Origin: a virus
Lineage: Duplodnaviria; Caudoviricetes
Direction: 5' to 3' (one strand)
IMG/VR virus record: IMGVR_UViG_3300021060_000040
Span: 32,001-96,000 of that record
Length of the DNA stretch: 64,000 bases
The first letter of the stretch is position 1, and every line of letters starts with the position of its first letter. A program made the position numbers and the translations under genes. Positions 8,205-17,563 of this stretch are shown piece after piece. The notes under the pieces are model-generated. The model ran no database searches, was not told where the DNA came from, and saw only the letters and a program-made list of their open reading frames with translations.

Positions 8205-10743
8205 GCCGATCTTCAAGGTCGTGCCGGACCACAACGGGACGATCCTCTGCTTCCCCTTCATCGAATGCGGCGTCGAGATCTCGACGAAATACCGCGAGAC
8301 CAAGGACGGCCGGAAGAAACTGAGCCAAACCGCCGGCCGGCCCAAGACCTTCTTCAACTGCGACGTGCTCTACGACGAGCACATCATGCAGGAGCTCGAG
8401 GACGGGATCATCGCCCTGGTGATCACCGAGGGCGAGCCGGACTGCGTGGCCTCCGTCCAGTGCGGCCACTACGCCTCGGTCTCCGTACCGAACGGCGCCC
8501 AGCTGCCGGCCCGGGACAAGAAGACCGGCAAGCTGATCGCCGTGCCGGAGGATGCCGCGGACATCGACCCCGAGGATGACGAGGCCTTCGCCTTCATCAA
8601 CCGGCACTGGGAGCGCCTGGCACGGGTCAAGCACTTCTACCTGGCCGTCGATGCGGACGAGGCCGGCCAGCGCCTGGCCAAGGAGCTGGCCCGCCGGCTC
8701 GACCCGGCGCGGTGCTTCCTGATCGATTACCCCAAGGACCCGTGCGTCGTCGCCGACCGGGAGACGGGCGAACTGCGGCCCTGCAAGGACCTCAACGAGG
8801 TGCTGCAGCACTTCGGCCCCGAAGGCGTTCAGAGCGTGCTCGGCAAGGCCCGCCCCTGGCCGGTTGCCGGCCTGTTCGCGATCGCCGACTTCCCCGACGA
8901 GGGCGAGCTCGAAACGCTGCCGATGGGACTCGACCCCGAACTCGACGAGCACATTCTGCTCTACCCGGGCGCGTTCATGGTGCTCACCGGCGTGCCCAAC
9001 ACAGGCAAGTCGGAGGTCGCCAAGCAAATCATCGTCAACATGGCGATGCGATACGGCTGGCACACGGCGATGTTCCCGGGCGAGGAGATGGTCAAGCCGT
9101 TCCTCGAGCGCTCGCTCAAGACCAAGTACCTGAGGCGGCACTATTCGGAATGGACTCCGGAGGAGAGCGCCCGAGCCGACGAATTCCTAGCCCGCCACGT
9201 CCAGGTCATCGCCCAGGATGACCGGACCGACGACGACATCACCCTCGACAAGCTGCTGAAGCTCGCCGCCACCTCCGTGTTCCGGTTCGGCACCAAGCTC
9301 CTGGTGATCGACCCCTGGAACGAGATCGAGCACGAGCGGCCGGCCCACGAGTCGCTCACCGAATATGTCGGCAAGGCCATCCGCAAGATCAAGAAATTCG
9401 CCAAGAGCTACGGCGTCTGCGTGATCGTCGTCGCCCACCCGAAGAAGGTCGAGAGCCAGCCAAACCTCTACGACATCTCGGACTGCTACTCCGAGGACAC
9501 CGAGGTCCTGACCAAACGTGGCTGGTTGCGCCACGCGGAGATCACCCTGGAGGACGAGGTGATGGGCTTCGACCCGAAGACGGATAACCTCGACTGGGCC
9601 CGCCCCAGCCGCGTGGCGAGCTTCGACCATGACGGCGAGATGGTCCGGTTCCAGGGCTACGGCTACGACCTCTTGGTCAGCCCCAACCACCGCATGGTGG
9701 TGAAGCCGGCCTGGAAGGATCCGAAGGGGACGCAGGCAGAGAACGGCCTCGGCCGTCCGACCAAGTACCCGAAGGACCAGTGGTCGTTCACTACGGCCCG
9801 CGAGATCGGCAGCGGCAACTTCATCATGCCCAAGGCCGGCATGGCGGTACCCGGCGACGATCCGGAGACGCTGCTGATCGACGGCAAGATCTTCCCGGCG
9901 GCACCGTTCGCGGAGCTGGTGGGCTGGTATCTGGCCGAAGGCTCCTGGCAGAGCTCCGGCCTGAGCCTCTGCCAGGCGGCTGGTGAGAAGGCCGACCACA
10001 TCGACGGCCTGATCGTAGCCTGCGGTCTGTCGGCGACCCGAGCCGAACGTCCGGACCCGCGCGGGTTCCAGACTATGGTGACTTGGTACTTCGGCGCCCG
10101 GACCAACCCGGAACTCGTACGCTGGATCCGGGATAAGGCCGGCCGTGGCTCGAGTGAGAAGCGGGTGCCCTACCCGTTCTTCGCGATGAGCGCCCGGCTG
10201 AAGGCTGCGCTATTACAAGGCTACATCGACGGCGATGGGCACCGCCCGACGGCCCGCGATGGCATCGTCGCAACGACCACGTCCAAGCAGCTGAGCGACG
10301 ACCTGATGCGGATTGCGGTCGAGATCGGAACCCCGGTCACCGGCCACGAGCGGACGCCAGCCAACCCGGACCACGCGGTCCAGTACCAGATCAACTTCGG
10401 CCGGGAGGCGCGCCGGCAGGTGGCGCTGCGCGGCGCCCGCAACAGCTCGATCGAGCTCTACTCGGGCAAGATCTGGTGTCTGACCATGCCGACCGGGGCG
10501 TACGTCGTGCGCAGGAATGGCAAGGTGACGATCTGCGGAAACTCGGCCCACTGGTACAACAAGGCCGACCTGTCCCTGATCATCGATACCGACGATCCGC
10601 TCGGCGTGATCCGGGACTTCATCATTCCGAAGATCCGGTTCGTCGGGATCACCGGCAAGAAGGGCAAGGTCCAGCTCCGGTTCAACACCCGGCTTCAGAT
10701 GTACGAGCCGATGGCAGCCCTCGCCGCGGCCGCACCGTTTTGA
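8083..10743 (+). CDS. Twinkle/T7 gp4-like TOPRIM primase-SF4 helicase with intein
   Basis: TOPRIM ITEGEPD...DADEAG...KDLNE; Walker A GVPNTGKS; LVIDPWN, VVAHPKK; RBS GGAG before ATG 8083. Confidence 0.92.
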   Translation: MTLSTWHLAELENRSLDVDVATRMGIYSGKRVKDGLDDRGEPIFKVVPDHNGTILCFPFIECGVEISTKYRETKDGRKKLSQTAGRPKTFFNCDVLYDEHIMQELEDGIIALVITEGEPDCVASVQCGHYASVSVPNGAQLPARDKKTGKLIAVPEDAADIDPEDDEAFAFINRHWERLARVKHFYLAVDADEAGQRLAKELARRLDPARCFLIDYPKDPCVVADRETGELRPCKDLNEVLQHFGPEGVQSVLGKARPWPVAGLFAIADFPDEGELETLPMGLDPELDEHILLYPGAFMVLTGVPNTGKSEVAKQIIVNMAMRYGWHTAMFPGEEMVKPFLERSLKTKYLRRHYSEWTPEESARADEFLARHVQVIAQDDRTDDDITLDKLLKLAATSVFRFGTKLLVIDPWNEIEHERPAHESLTEYVGKAIRKIKKFAKSYGVCVIVVAHPKKVESQPNLYDISDCYSEDTEVLTKRGWLRHAEITLEDEVMGFDPKTDNLDWARPSRVASFDHDGEMVRFQGYGYDLLVSPNHRMVVKPAWKDPKGTQAENGLGRPTKYPKDQWSFTTAREIGSGNFIMPKAGMAVPGDDPETLLIDGKIFPAAPFAELVGWYLAEGSWQSSGLSLCQAAGEKADHIDGLIVACGLSATRAERPDPRGFQTMVTWYFGARTNPELVRWIRDKAGRGSSEKRVPYPFFAMSARLKAALLQGYIDGDGHRPTARDGIVATTTSKQLSDDLMRIAVEIGTPVTGHERTPANPDHAVQYQINFGREARRQVALRGARNSSIELYSGKIWCLTMPTGAYVVRRNGKVTICGNSAHWYNKADLSLIIDTDDPLGVIRDFIIPKIRFVGITGKKGKVQLRFNTRLQMYEPMAALAAAAPF
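9484..10542 (+). mobile_element. intein with LAGLIDADG homing endonuclease (353 aa)
   Basis: Starts CYSEDTEVLTKRGW; block B VSPNHRM; GWYLAEGS and LQGYIDGDG; ends YVVRRNGKVTICGN followed by Ser+1. Confidence 0.92.
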
Positions 10744-10751
10744 GTTTGCGC

Positions 10752-10765
10752 TTGCGCGATTGCAA
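10752..10765 (+). promoter_or_regulatory. representative copy of the window-wide motif TTGCGCGATTGCAA (about 17 copies, see findings)
   Basis: Intergenic, upstream of ssb; recurs in front of many gene blocks. Confidence 0.8.
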
Positions 10766-10801
10766 ACAGAATGCTAATGGACACGCAGAGAAGGAGACAT
10801 C

Positions 10802-11314
10802 ATGGCAGGCTCGGTCAACAAGGTCATTCTGGTCGGCAATCTGGGGCGCGACCCGGAGGTGCGCCGGCTGGGCAGCGGTGACCCCATCTGCAATCTCCGC
10901 CTCGCGACGACCGAGTCCTGGAAGGACAAGGCCTCCGGCGAGCGCAAGGACAAGACCGAGTGGCACTCGGTCGTGATCTACAACGAAAACCTTTCCAAGA
11001 TCGCCGAGCAGTACCTGCGCAAGGGCTCGAAGGTCTATATCGAGGGCCAGCTCCAGACCCGGAAATGGACCGACAACGCCGGCGTTGAGAAGTACACCAC
11101 CGAGGTGGTGCTCCAGCGCTTCCGCGGCGAGTTGACGATCCTCGACGGCCGAGGCGGCGGCGACGATGCTGGAGACGATGACGGCGGCCGCGGCCAGGGT
11201 GGCGACCGCCGTCCGGCACAGGCATCGCGCGGCGGTGGCCGGCCATCCGGCGGCCGGGCGCAGGGCGGCTACGACCTCGACGACGACATCCCGTTCGGCC
11301 CCGAGTTCCGCTGA
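10802..11314 (+). CDS. ssb: single-stranded DNA-binding protein
   Basis: MAGSVNKVILVGNLGRDPEVR...EGQLQTRKW...DLDDDIPF. Confidence 0.97.
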   Translation: MAGSVNKVILVGNLGRDPEVRRLGSGDPICNLRLATTESWKDKASGERKDKTEWHSVVIYNENLSKIAEQYLRKGSKVYIEGQLQTRKWTDNAGVEKYTTEVVLQRFRGELTILDGRGGGDDAGDDDGGRGQGGDRRPAQASRGGGRPSGGRAQGGYDLDDDIPFGPEFR

Positions 11315-11386
11315 GGCTCCGCGGGCCCGCATAACCATGCCGACACGCTTGCGCGATTGCAAGCGGATCGCAAACAGGACAGATCC

Positions 11387-11872
11387 GTGAACAACTCCAA
11401 TCTGACAGCCCTCTTCGAGCAGATCTTCGGGTCGCCGACGCCCCTCGCCGAGCGTCGGACCGTGGAGGTCCACCCCGACACCCTCAAGCAGATGAGCCTG
11501 CTCGGCCTGATCGACCTGGTGAGCGACGGGCAGAAAACCTACCGCACCTACGCCGGCTACCCGCTGGTCGTGAGCGCGGACACGGCCCGGATCGATGTGG
11601 ATCCGGCAACCCTGTTCAGGGAGCTGATCCAGGGCGAACAGCCGGCCGCCGCGCCGCGCGATGCAGCGGCACCGGTCCCGCAGACCTTCGTGCCCTACGA
11701 GATCGAGGTCGTGGCCGAGGCGCCAGAGCCGCTCGAGGCCGCCGAGTTCGAACCGCTGCAGCGCTTCCCCAAGCGGGAGCTGCTCGCCGACCTGTCCCGG
11801 GCCGCGGGCAGCCTGTCCGCCGCCATCCTGGTGATCAGCGAGCAGGTCGAACTGCTCGAGGGGGACGAGTGA
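11387..11872 (+). CDS. hypothetical protein
   Basis: GC3-rich ORF after a motif copy; GTGA coupling. Confidence 0.55.
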   Translation: MNNSNLTALFEQIFGSPTPLAERRTVEVHPDTLKQMSLLGLIDLVSDGQKTYRTYAGYPLVVSADTARIDVDPATLFRELIQGEQPAAAPRDAAAPVPQTFVPYEIEVVAEAPEPLEAAEFEPLQRFPKRELLADLSRAAGSLSAAILVISEQVELLEGDE

Positions 11873-12198
11873 GCCGCCTGCAGCCTGGAGCTGGGGCCCT
11901 CGCCGAGTATTACGAGTGGTTCACGGGGGCCGCCCACGGCGCGGCCCTCGCCTACCACGTCGGCGACCTGTCCTACGATCGCCTGCGCGAGGACACGCCT
12001 GAGCCGGACATCGCGGCCGCGCGGCGGCTCACCGATGTCGCGGCCCGGATCCAGTCCGACGCCCGGGACGGCTACCTCATCCTGACCCAGAAGAAGCTGG
12101 CCACGTCGGTCTACGAGTACCGCGCCACCCGCGTCCGGCGCTCCCACGAGCCGAGCTACGAAGCGAGCCCGACCCGTGCAGATCCGATACCGACCTGA
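11869..12198 (+). CDS. hypothetical protein
   Basis: Coupled ORF. Confidence 0.55.
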   Translation: MSRLQPGAGALAEYYEWFTGAAHGAALAYHVGDLSYDRLREDTPEPDIAAARRLTDVAARIQSDARDGYLILTQKKLATSVYEYRATRVRRSHEPSYEASPTRADPIPT

Positions 12199-12763
12199 CG
12201 ACCGCGCCAAGCTGCTGCGCTGGCTGACCCACGGCGTCGGTCTGGCGATCGATCGGTTCGGCCCGGACAAGGCCAGCGCCCAGAAAGCGATCTGGTGCCT
12301 GCTCGGCGAGGCGCTCGAGACCCTGGACCGCGTGCCGGACCAGGAGCGGCGTTGGCTCTCATCGGGCACCCGATCGGGTGGCTGGAGCCAGGTCGGATTG
12401 ACCGCCCACGACCTGATGGAAATTGAGCGGCTGCGCATCCTCTCGGCGATGTCGCCCTTCGAAACCTCGACCAAGGTGGTGCCCCAGAAGGACGCCGTCG
12501 AGCGCGCCCTCGGGGTGTTGCTCTGGCTCAGGTGGCTGTCGGCTGGTGACGACCATCGCCTGCAACGCGCGGCGGTGCTGCTCGCCCGCGGCCGAGAAGA
12601 CGAGGCGGCCAGGGCCTTCGCCAGCCGGATCAAGGGCTCGAACAAGGTCGCCTACGAAATCCGCACCCAAGCCGTCGGCAAGATCCTGCGCGGCCTGCGC
12701 GAGGACGCCGGCATCGTTCCGTCGCCGGACAAGGTCCGGTTCCAAGAGCTGTATCCATGCTGA
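12176..12763 (+). CDS. hypothetical protein, possible transcription regulator
   Basis: Helical ORF, GC3-rich, overlaps neighbours. Confidence 0.5.
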   Translation: MQIRYRPDDRAKLLRWLTHGVGLAIDRFGPDKASAQKAIWCLLGEALETLDRVPDQERRWLSSGTRSGGWSQVGLTAHDLMEIERLRILSAMSPFETSTKVVPQKDAVERALGVLLWLRWLSAGDDHRLQRAAVLLARGREDEAARAFASRIKGSNKVAYEIRTQAVGKILRGLREDAGIVPSPDKVRFQELYPC

Positions 12764-13443
12764 TGCCATCCAGGGGCTATCCCCTGCCCGCATACGAGGC
12801 GCCGGCCGCAATCCTGCCCGAGGCCGCGCCCGCTGGCGCCGAGCCGCCGCCCTTCGAGCCCTTCGCCAAGATCCCCCGCTTCGCTCGGGAATCGACCACG
12901 ACCGAGAAGATCAACGGCACGAACGCCCAGATCCTGGTCACCCAATACGGCGACGTGTTCGCCGGCTCGCGGACGCGCTGGATCTCCCCCGGCAAGCTGA
13001 CCGACAATTACGGGTTCGCGGCCTGGGTCGAAGGCAACCGTGACGAGCTCCTGGACCTCGGGCCCGGCAAGCACTTCGGCGAATGGTGGGGCGCCGGCAT
13101 CCAGTCCGGCTACGGACTCACCGAGCGCCGGTTCTCGCTGTTCAACGTCGCCCGCTGGCGGCCCCGCCCCGAGGTCCGGACGCCGTCCCCGGCCGAGGAG
13201 GCCTTCATCCACGAGAAGGCCTGCTTCGCGCCGGCCTGCTGCGACGTGGTGCCGGTGATGTACCGTGGCCCGTTCGACACCGCGGCGGTCGATGCGTGCC
13301 TGCAGCGCCTGCGCGTCGAGGGCAGCGTAGCGGCCCCCGGCTTCATGCAGCCCGAGGGGGTGATCATCCACCACTCGTCGTCCGGCACGCTCTGGAAGCG
13401 GCTCCTGGTCAACGACGAGGGCCACAAGGGCACGCTGCACTGA
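12757..13443 (+). CDS. RNA ligase (Rnl2-like nucleotidyltransferase domain)
   Basis: TEKINGTN (motif I), GSRTRW, FGEWWG, FSLFN, PEGVII, WK motifs. Confidence 0.85.
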   Translation: MLMPSRGYPLPAYEAPAAILPEAAPAGAEPPPFEPFAKIPRFARESTTTEKINGTNAQILVTQYGDVFAGSRTRWISPGKLTDNYGFAAWVEGNRDELLDLGPGKHFGEWWGAGIQSGYGLTERRFSLFNVARWRPRPEVRTPSPAEEAFIHEKACFAPACCDVVPVMYRGPFDTAAVDACLQRLRVEGSVAAPGFMQPEGVIIHHSSSGTLWKRLLVNDEGHKGTLH

Positions 13444-13667
13444 TGGGCGAGCTCGACGCCGTCAGCGTCCGCTCCGCGGTCGCCCGGGCGACGATGGCGG
13501 ACCGGATCGAAGACTACGAAGCGGCCTGCCTGACGGGCACCCAGTCCGATCTGCACGAGGCCGCCCTTGGCTTCCATCTCGCAGCCGCAGGCCTCGCCGG
13601 CGCCCTGCTCAACCAAGCCGAAGAGATCCTGAAATTCTGGGGCATCGACCCCGCGACGAGACCGTAA
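13443..13667 (+). CDS. hypothetical protein
   Basis: TGATG coupling. Confidence 0.5.
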   Translation: MGELDAVSVRSAVARATMADRIEDYEAACLTGTQSDLHEAALGFHLAAAGLAGALLNQAEEILKFWGIDPATRP

Positions 13668-13885
13668 TGCACCTCGATTTCGACCTCCCAACCTGGGGCT
13701 TCGCGCTCCTGCTGACGGCTGCCATCTGGATCGCCGGAAACTGGCGCTTCAGCCGCAAGACCGACACCATCGGCTTCGGCATCGGCCATATCGTCGATGC
13801 CTACGTGTACTCGGGCCTCTGCCTCTTCGGCACGCTCGTCACCTGGATGGGCTACTTCGCCATCCTGGCCTGGAGCCGGTCATGA
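13667..13885 (+). CDS. small membrane protein (2 TM)
   Basis: Two hydrophobic segments; coupled. Confidence 0.6.
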   Translation: MHLDFDLPTWGFALLLTAAIWIAGNWRFSRKTDTIGFGIGHIVDAYVYSGLCLFGTLVTWMGYFAILAWSRS

Positions 13886-14334
13886 GCGCGGCCCTTGCCA
13901 GCCTGATGCCGGACTGCCCGACGCCATTCTTCGTCGACCTCCCCGAGCCCAAGCCAACCCGCCAGATCGTCGATGTGACGGTGTTCGACGTCGTCGCGAT
14001 GACCTCGGCCCGGGGCCATCTCTCGGCCCGCGGCTTCGTCGAGGAGTTGCTCGACCACCTCGGCAGCGTGCCTGAGCAGTACCGGGACGCGATCAAGTTC
14101 TCGTATCGGCCGGATGGCTACGGCGGTCTCGAGGAGTGCCGGGCGCACTACCGGCGCCGGGAGACCGACGCCGAGTTCAAGTCCCGCCTCGAGGAAGCGG
14201 AGATCAAGGTCCGGACGGCACGCGAGCAGCAGGAGCGCATTGCGGCCAACCGCGCCGCCGCGGAGCGCAAGGAATACGAGCGCCTGAAGGCCCTGTTCGA
14301 GCCCGCCCCCGTCGACACGGTGGCCCAGCTATGA
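13882..14334 (+). CDS. hypothetical protein
   Basis: ATGA coupling; C-terminal coiled coil. Confidence 0.6.
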   Translation: MSAALASLMPDCPTPFFVDLPEPKPTRQIVDVTVFDVVAMTSARGHLSARGFVEELLDHLGSVPEQYRDAIKFSYRPDGYGGLEECRAHYRRRETDAEFKSRLEEAEIKVRTAREQQERIAANRAAAERKEYERLKALFEPAPVDTVAQL

Positions 14335-14549
14335 GCGAGCACCGGGCCATCACCGTGCTCATGGGCGCGATCGTCTTCCTCGGCCTTCTGGCGGCTCTGG
14401 AGACATGCTCCCGCACCACCACCGCTACCGCTCAGATCCAGGCCGACGCCCGGGTCAGCATCGCCCGGGAGCACACCGAGCGCTCCGCCGCCCGTCTCGG
14501 CACCGTCCGATGTGTCCTGCACCACCCGACCTGTGAGGATCGGCCATGA
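14331..14549 (+). CDS. small membrane-anchored protein
   Basis: ATGA coupling; N-terminal hydrophobic helix. Confidence 0.5.
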   Translation: MSEHRAITVLMGAIVFLGLLAALETCSRTTTATAQIQADARVSIAREHTERSAARLGTVRCVLHHPTCEDRP

Positions 14550-14791
14550 AGCTTACCGAGATCGCGCAGGCGTCAGCCCTGCGCGACAGCCTCGCCAACA
14601 TCCGGCGGATGCAGGATGCGCTCAGAGGCGGGACGACTCAGCTGCGCGTGACGGTCGTCGGCGAAAACCTCCCGGCCGAGCTGCTGGCCGACGTGCGCCA
14701 GGTGGTGCTGACCGGCCTGACCAAGGTTCAATCGACGATCGCCGACCAGCTGACAGCGCTCGGCGTGACCGATGTAACGAAGGCCTCCTGA
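14546..14791 (+). CDS. hypothetical protein
   Basis: Coupled ORF. Confidence 0.55.
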   Translation: MKLTEIAQASALRDSLANIRRMQDALRGGTTQLRVTVVGENLPAELLADVRQVVLTGLTKVQSTIADQLTALGVTDVTKAS

Positions 14792-15087
14792 TGCTGACCG
14801 GTCACGACATCCACATCGAAATCGACCCGAAGGCCCGCATCCAGGGCCTGCTCGAGACCGTCGATCGCTACCTGACCGCTTACCGGGAATCCGAGCAAAG
14901 GCGCCAGGCGCTGTTCGCCCTATGCAGCACGCTGAAGGGCGTGCTCGAGGACCTGCATCGCTACGTCCAGGACATGCCGCTGACCCGGCACGCGTTCGAC
15001 CTCGACGCAGTCCTGACCGCAGTCCTCGATGCGATCTCGGACATTCCGTCGCCGTCGACGGCGGATGGCGAGCCGGCGGCGGCGTAG
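14791..15087 (+). CDS. hypothetical protein
   Basis: TGATG coupling. Confidence 0.55.
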   Translation: MLTGHDIHIEIDPKARIQGLLETVDRYLTAYRESEQRRQALFALCSTLKGVLEDLHRYVQDMPLTRHAFDLDAVLTAVLDAISDIPSPSTADGEPAAA

Positions 15088-15308
15088 TGGCCCGATCCAC
15101 CTACGTCTACCTGGCGCTGGACGAGCACAGCACGCCGCTCGGTGCCTTCACGGTCAAGCACGAGCTCGTTTGGTGGCTGAGCCACGAGCAGCACAAGGCG
15201 GTTTGCGTGCTGCGGATGTCCGACGGCCCCCGCAACAGCCCGCTGGAGATGCGGGGAGCCGACATCTCCTACGACGCCGCGATCAAGCCCCACCTGAAGG
15301 TCAGGTGA
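15087..15308 (+). CDS. hypothetical protein
   Basis: TAGTG coupling, ARSTYVY...FTVKHEL. Confidence 0.5.
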   Translation: MARSTYVYLALDEHSTPLGAFTVKHELVWWLSHEQHKAVCVLRMSDGPRNSPLEMRGADISYDAAIKPHLKVR

Positions 15309-16018
15309 TGCGGGAGATCGTCCTCGACACCGAGACCACCGGTATCGGTGCCGGCCACCGCGTCATCGAGATCGGCTGCGTCGAGCTGGTCAACATGCTG
15401 CCCACCGGCAAGCACTTCCACGTCTACCTGAACCCCGAGCGAGCGGTGGATCCCGGCGCATTCCGGGTCCACGGCCTCTCGGACGCCTTTTTGAAGGACA
15501 AGCCGCCGTTCCGCCTGATCGCCGGCAAGCTGCTGAAGTTCTTAGGTAACGCCCGGCTGTTCGCGCACAATGCGCCCTTCGACAAGGGCATGCTCGATGC
15601 CGAGTTCGAGCTCCTGGGCTTCGGTCAGATCCTGAACGAGTGGGTCGACACTCTGCCAATGGCCCGGAAGGCCAAGCCCGGCGGTAAGCACAACCTCGAC
15701 GTTCTGCTCAAGCACTACGGTATCGGTAGCACCAACCGGAAGCTGCACGGGGCGCTGCTCGACGCTCAGCTGTTGGCCGAGGTGCTGCTGCACCTGCGCG
15801 GCGGTAAGCAGATCGGGCTGGACCTCGCGGTCGAAACCGACGCGGCAGCCGCCGAGGGCGAGCGCCGGCACTACCCGCTGGGTTCGTTCCGGCGACACCG
15901 GTTCACCGAGGATGAGCTTGCGAGCCATGCCGCCTTCGTGGCCACGCTCCCCAACGCGGTCTGGAACGACAATACGCCCGCCCAGGATGGCGAAGGCGCC
16001 ATGGAGATCGCCGCCTGA
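15308..16018 (+). CDS. dnaQ: DNA polymerase III epsilon subunit-like DEDDh exonuclease
   Basis: REIVLDTETTG, HNAPFD, LHGALLDAQLLAEV. Confidence 0.93.
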   Translation: MREIVLDTETTGIGAGHRVIEIGCVELVNMLPTGKHFHVYLNPERAVDPGAFRVHGLSDAFLKDKPPFRLIAGKLLKFLGNARLFAHNAPFDKGMLDAEFELLGFGQILNEWVDTLPMARKAKPGGKHNLDVLLKHYGIGSTNRKLHGALLDAQLLAEVLLHLRGGKQIGLDLAVETDAAAAEGERRHYPLGSFRRHRFTEDELASHAAFVATLPNAVWNDNTPAQDGEGAMEIAA

Positions 16019-16096
16019 GGCTGCGCCTCCGGGCATCACATCCGTTTGCGCTTGCGTGATTGCAAACGATATGCAAATAGGAGACGAGGAGTCTCG

Positions 16097-17062
16097 ATGC
16101 AGCTGTTTCGCCGGACCGGCCACCTGTGCATGTCGATGGCCGCCAAACGGGACCGGCGGCTGACCATCGGTGGGTCGGACGCCAAGATCATCATGGGCGA
16201 CAATCCGGACGCCCTCTTACACCTGTGGCAGGAGAAGCGCGCCGAGATCGAGATCGAGGACGAGTCCGGCGAGGAAAACGTCCTCCAGCGTCTCGGCTAC
16301 GTGACCGAGCCACTCAACTACGACCTCTTCGAGTACCACACCGGGCTCTACGTCACGGACGAGCAGGAGAAGGCGTTCCGCGACGACTTCCCGTTCATGC
16401 ACGCCACGCTCGACGGCAAGGTGCGCAGGGAGCTGCTGGGCTCGGTGATCGGCATCATGGATGCCAAGTTCAACCTGCCATTCAACAACTGGTCGATCGA
16501 GAAGGCCCTCGAGACGCACTGGGCGCAGCTGCAGCACAACGCCTTCGTGGTCGACGTCGACCGGGTCTGGCTGTCGGTGATCAAGGCCACCGGCGGCTAC
16601 GCGCTGATCGAGGCCGAGGCCGACCCGTTCTACCAGGTTCAGTTGGTCCGGGCCGAGCGGGAATTCGTCCGGTGCGTCGAGACCGGCGACGTCCCCCAGC
16701 AGGCGGCTGTGGCGGCGCGCAAGCTTGGCCCCAAGCCCGAGCCGATCAAGGTCTACGACATGACCGTGTCGTCCTCGGCCAACGAATGGGCGGTTCTGGC
16801 CCAGCACATCCAGGAGACCCTGCCAGCCGCCGAGCTCCATGCGGCCAGCAAGGACCGACTCAAGAAGCTGGTCCCCGACGACGCCGCCCTGGCCTCGGGG
16901 CACAGCGTGTCGATCAAGCGATCGAAGGCCGGCGCGGCCCTCTTCGACATCACCGGCGCCAAGGCGGCCCGGGAGCAGGCGAAGGTGGCGCTCGACGGCG
17001 AGCCCACCCCCAAGCCCAGGCGCTCCCGCGCCAAGGCACAACCCCAAATGGCCGCGGCCTGA
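16097..17062 (+). CDS. YqaJ/lambda-exonuclease-family recombination nuclease
   Basis: RRLTIGGSDA...LWQEK...ATLDG...DAK...AQLQH. Confidence 0.88.
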   Translation: MQLFRRTGHLCMSMAAKRDRRLTIGGSDAKIIMGDNPDALLHLWQEKRAEIEIEDESGEENVLQRLGYVTEPLNYDLFEYHTGLYVTDEQEKAFRDDFPFMHATLDGKVRRELLGSVIGIMDAKFNLPFNNWSIEKALETHWAQLQHNAFVVDVDRVWLSVIKATGGYALIEAEADPFYQVQLVRAEREFVRCVETGDVPQQAAVAARKLGPKPEPIKVYDMTVSSSANEWAVLAQHIQETLPAAELHAASKDRLKKLVPDDAALASGHSVSIKRSKAGAALFDITGAKAAREQAKVALDGEPTPKPRRSRAKAQPQMAAA

Positions 17063-17069
17063 GAAACGC

Positions 17070-17519
17070 ATGACCGAATCCCTCCAAGATGCCATCGACC
17101 GCCTGGTCCAGGAGAAGACGTTCGGGCTCGATGCCCTGGACGGCGTGCGCAGCCTGAAGACCAAGGCTGCCGAGCAGGACGCCAAGATCGCCGCGCTCAA
17201 CCGAACCCTCGAGCAGCGCGGCGTCGAGATCGTCACCGCCCGGGCCCGGATCAGCAGCCTGGAGCGCGAGATCGAGATCAACAAGGCGCGCGAGACCGCC
17301 CTTGAGCAGCGCGAGGCCAAGGTCCGGGACCTCGAGCTCAAGGAAGCCGTCTCCACCGCCAAGGGGGAGACCCTGGGCAAGGTGTTCGACACGATCTTCG
17401 GCAACGTGCGGGTGCGCGAGACCGCGGTCCGCCAGCTGCCCTTCACCACCGTCGAGCACGGACGGTCCTACACCGGCTTCCAACAGGCCCACGAGACTGT
17501 CGAGCGCGTCAACGAATAG
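17070..17519 (+). CDS. coiled-coil hypothetical protein
   Basis: Heptad-rich ORF. Confidence 0.6.
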   Translation: MTESLQDAIDRLVQEKTFGLDALDGVRSLKTKAAEQDAKIAALNRTLEQRGVEIVTARARISSLEREIEINKARETALEQREAKVRDLELKEAVSTAKGETLGKVFDTIFGNVRVRETAVRQLPFTTVEHGRSYTGFQQAHETVERVNE

Positions 17520-17563
17520 CCGACGCACGCCCTTGCGCTTGCGCGATTTCAAAGGAGATCGAA

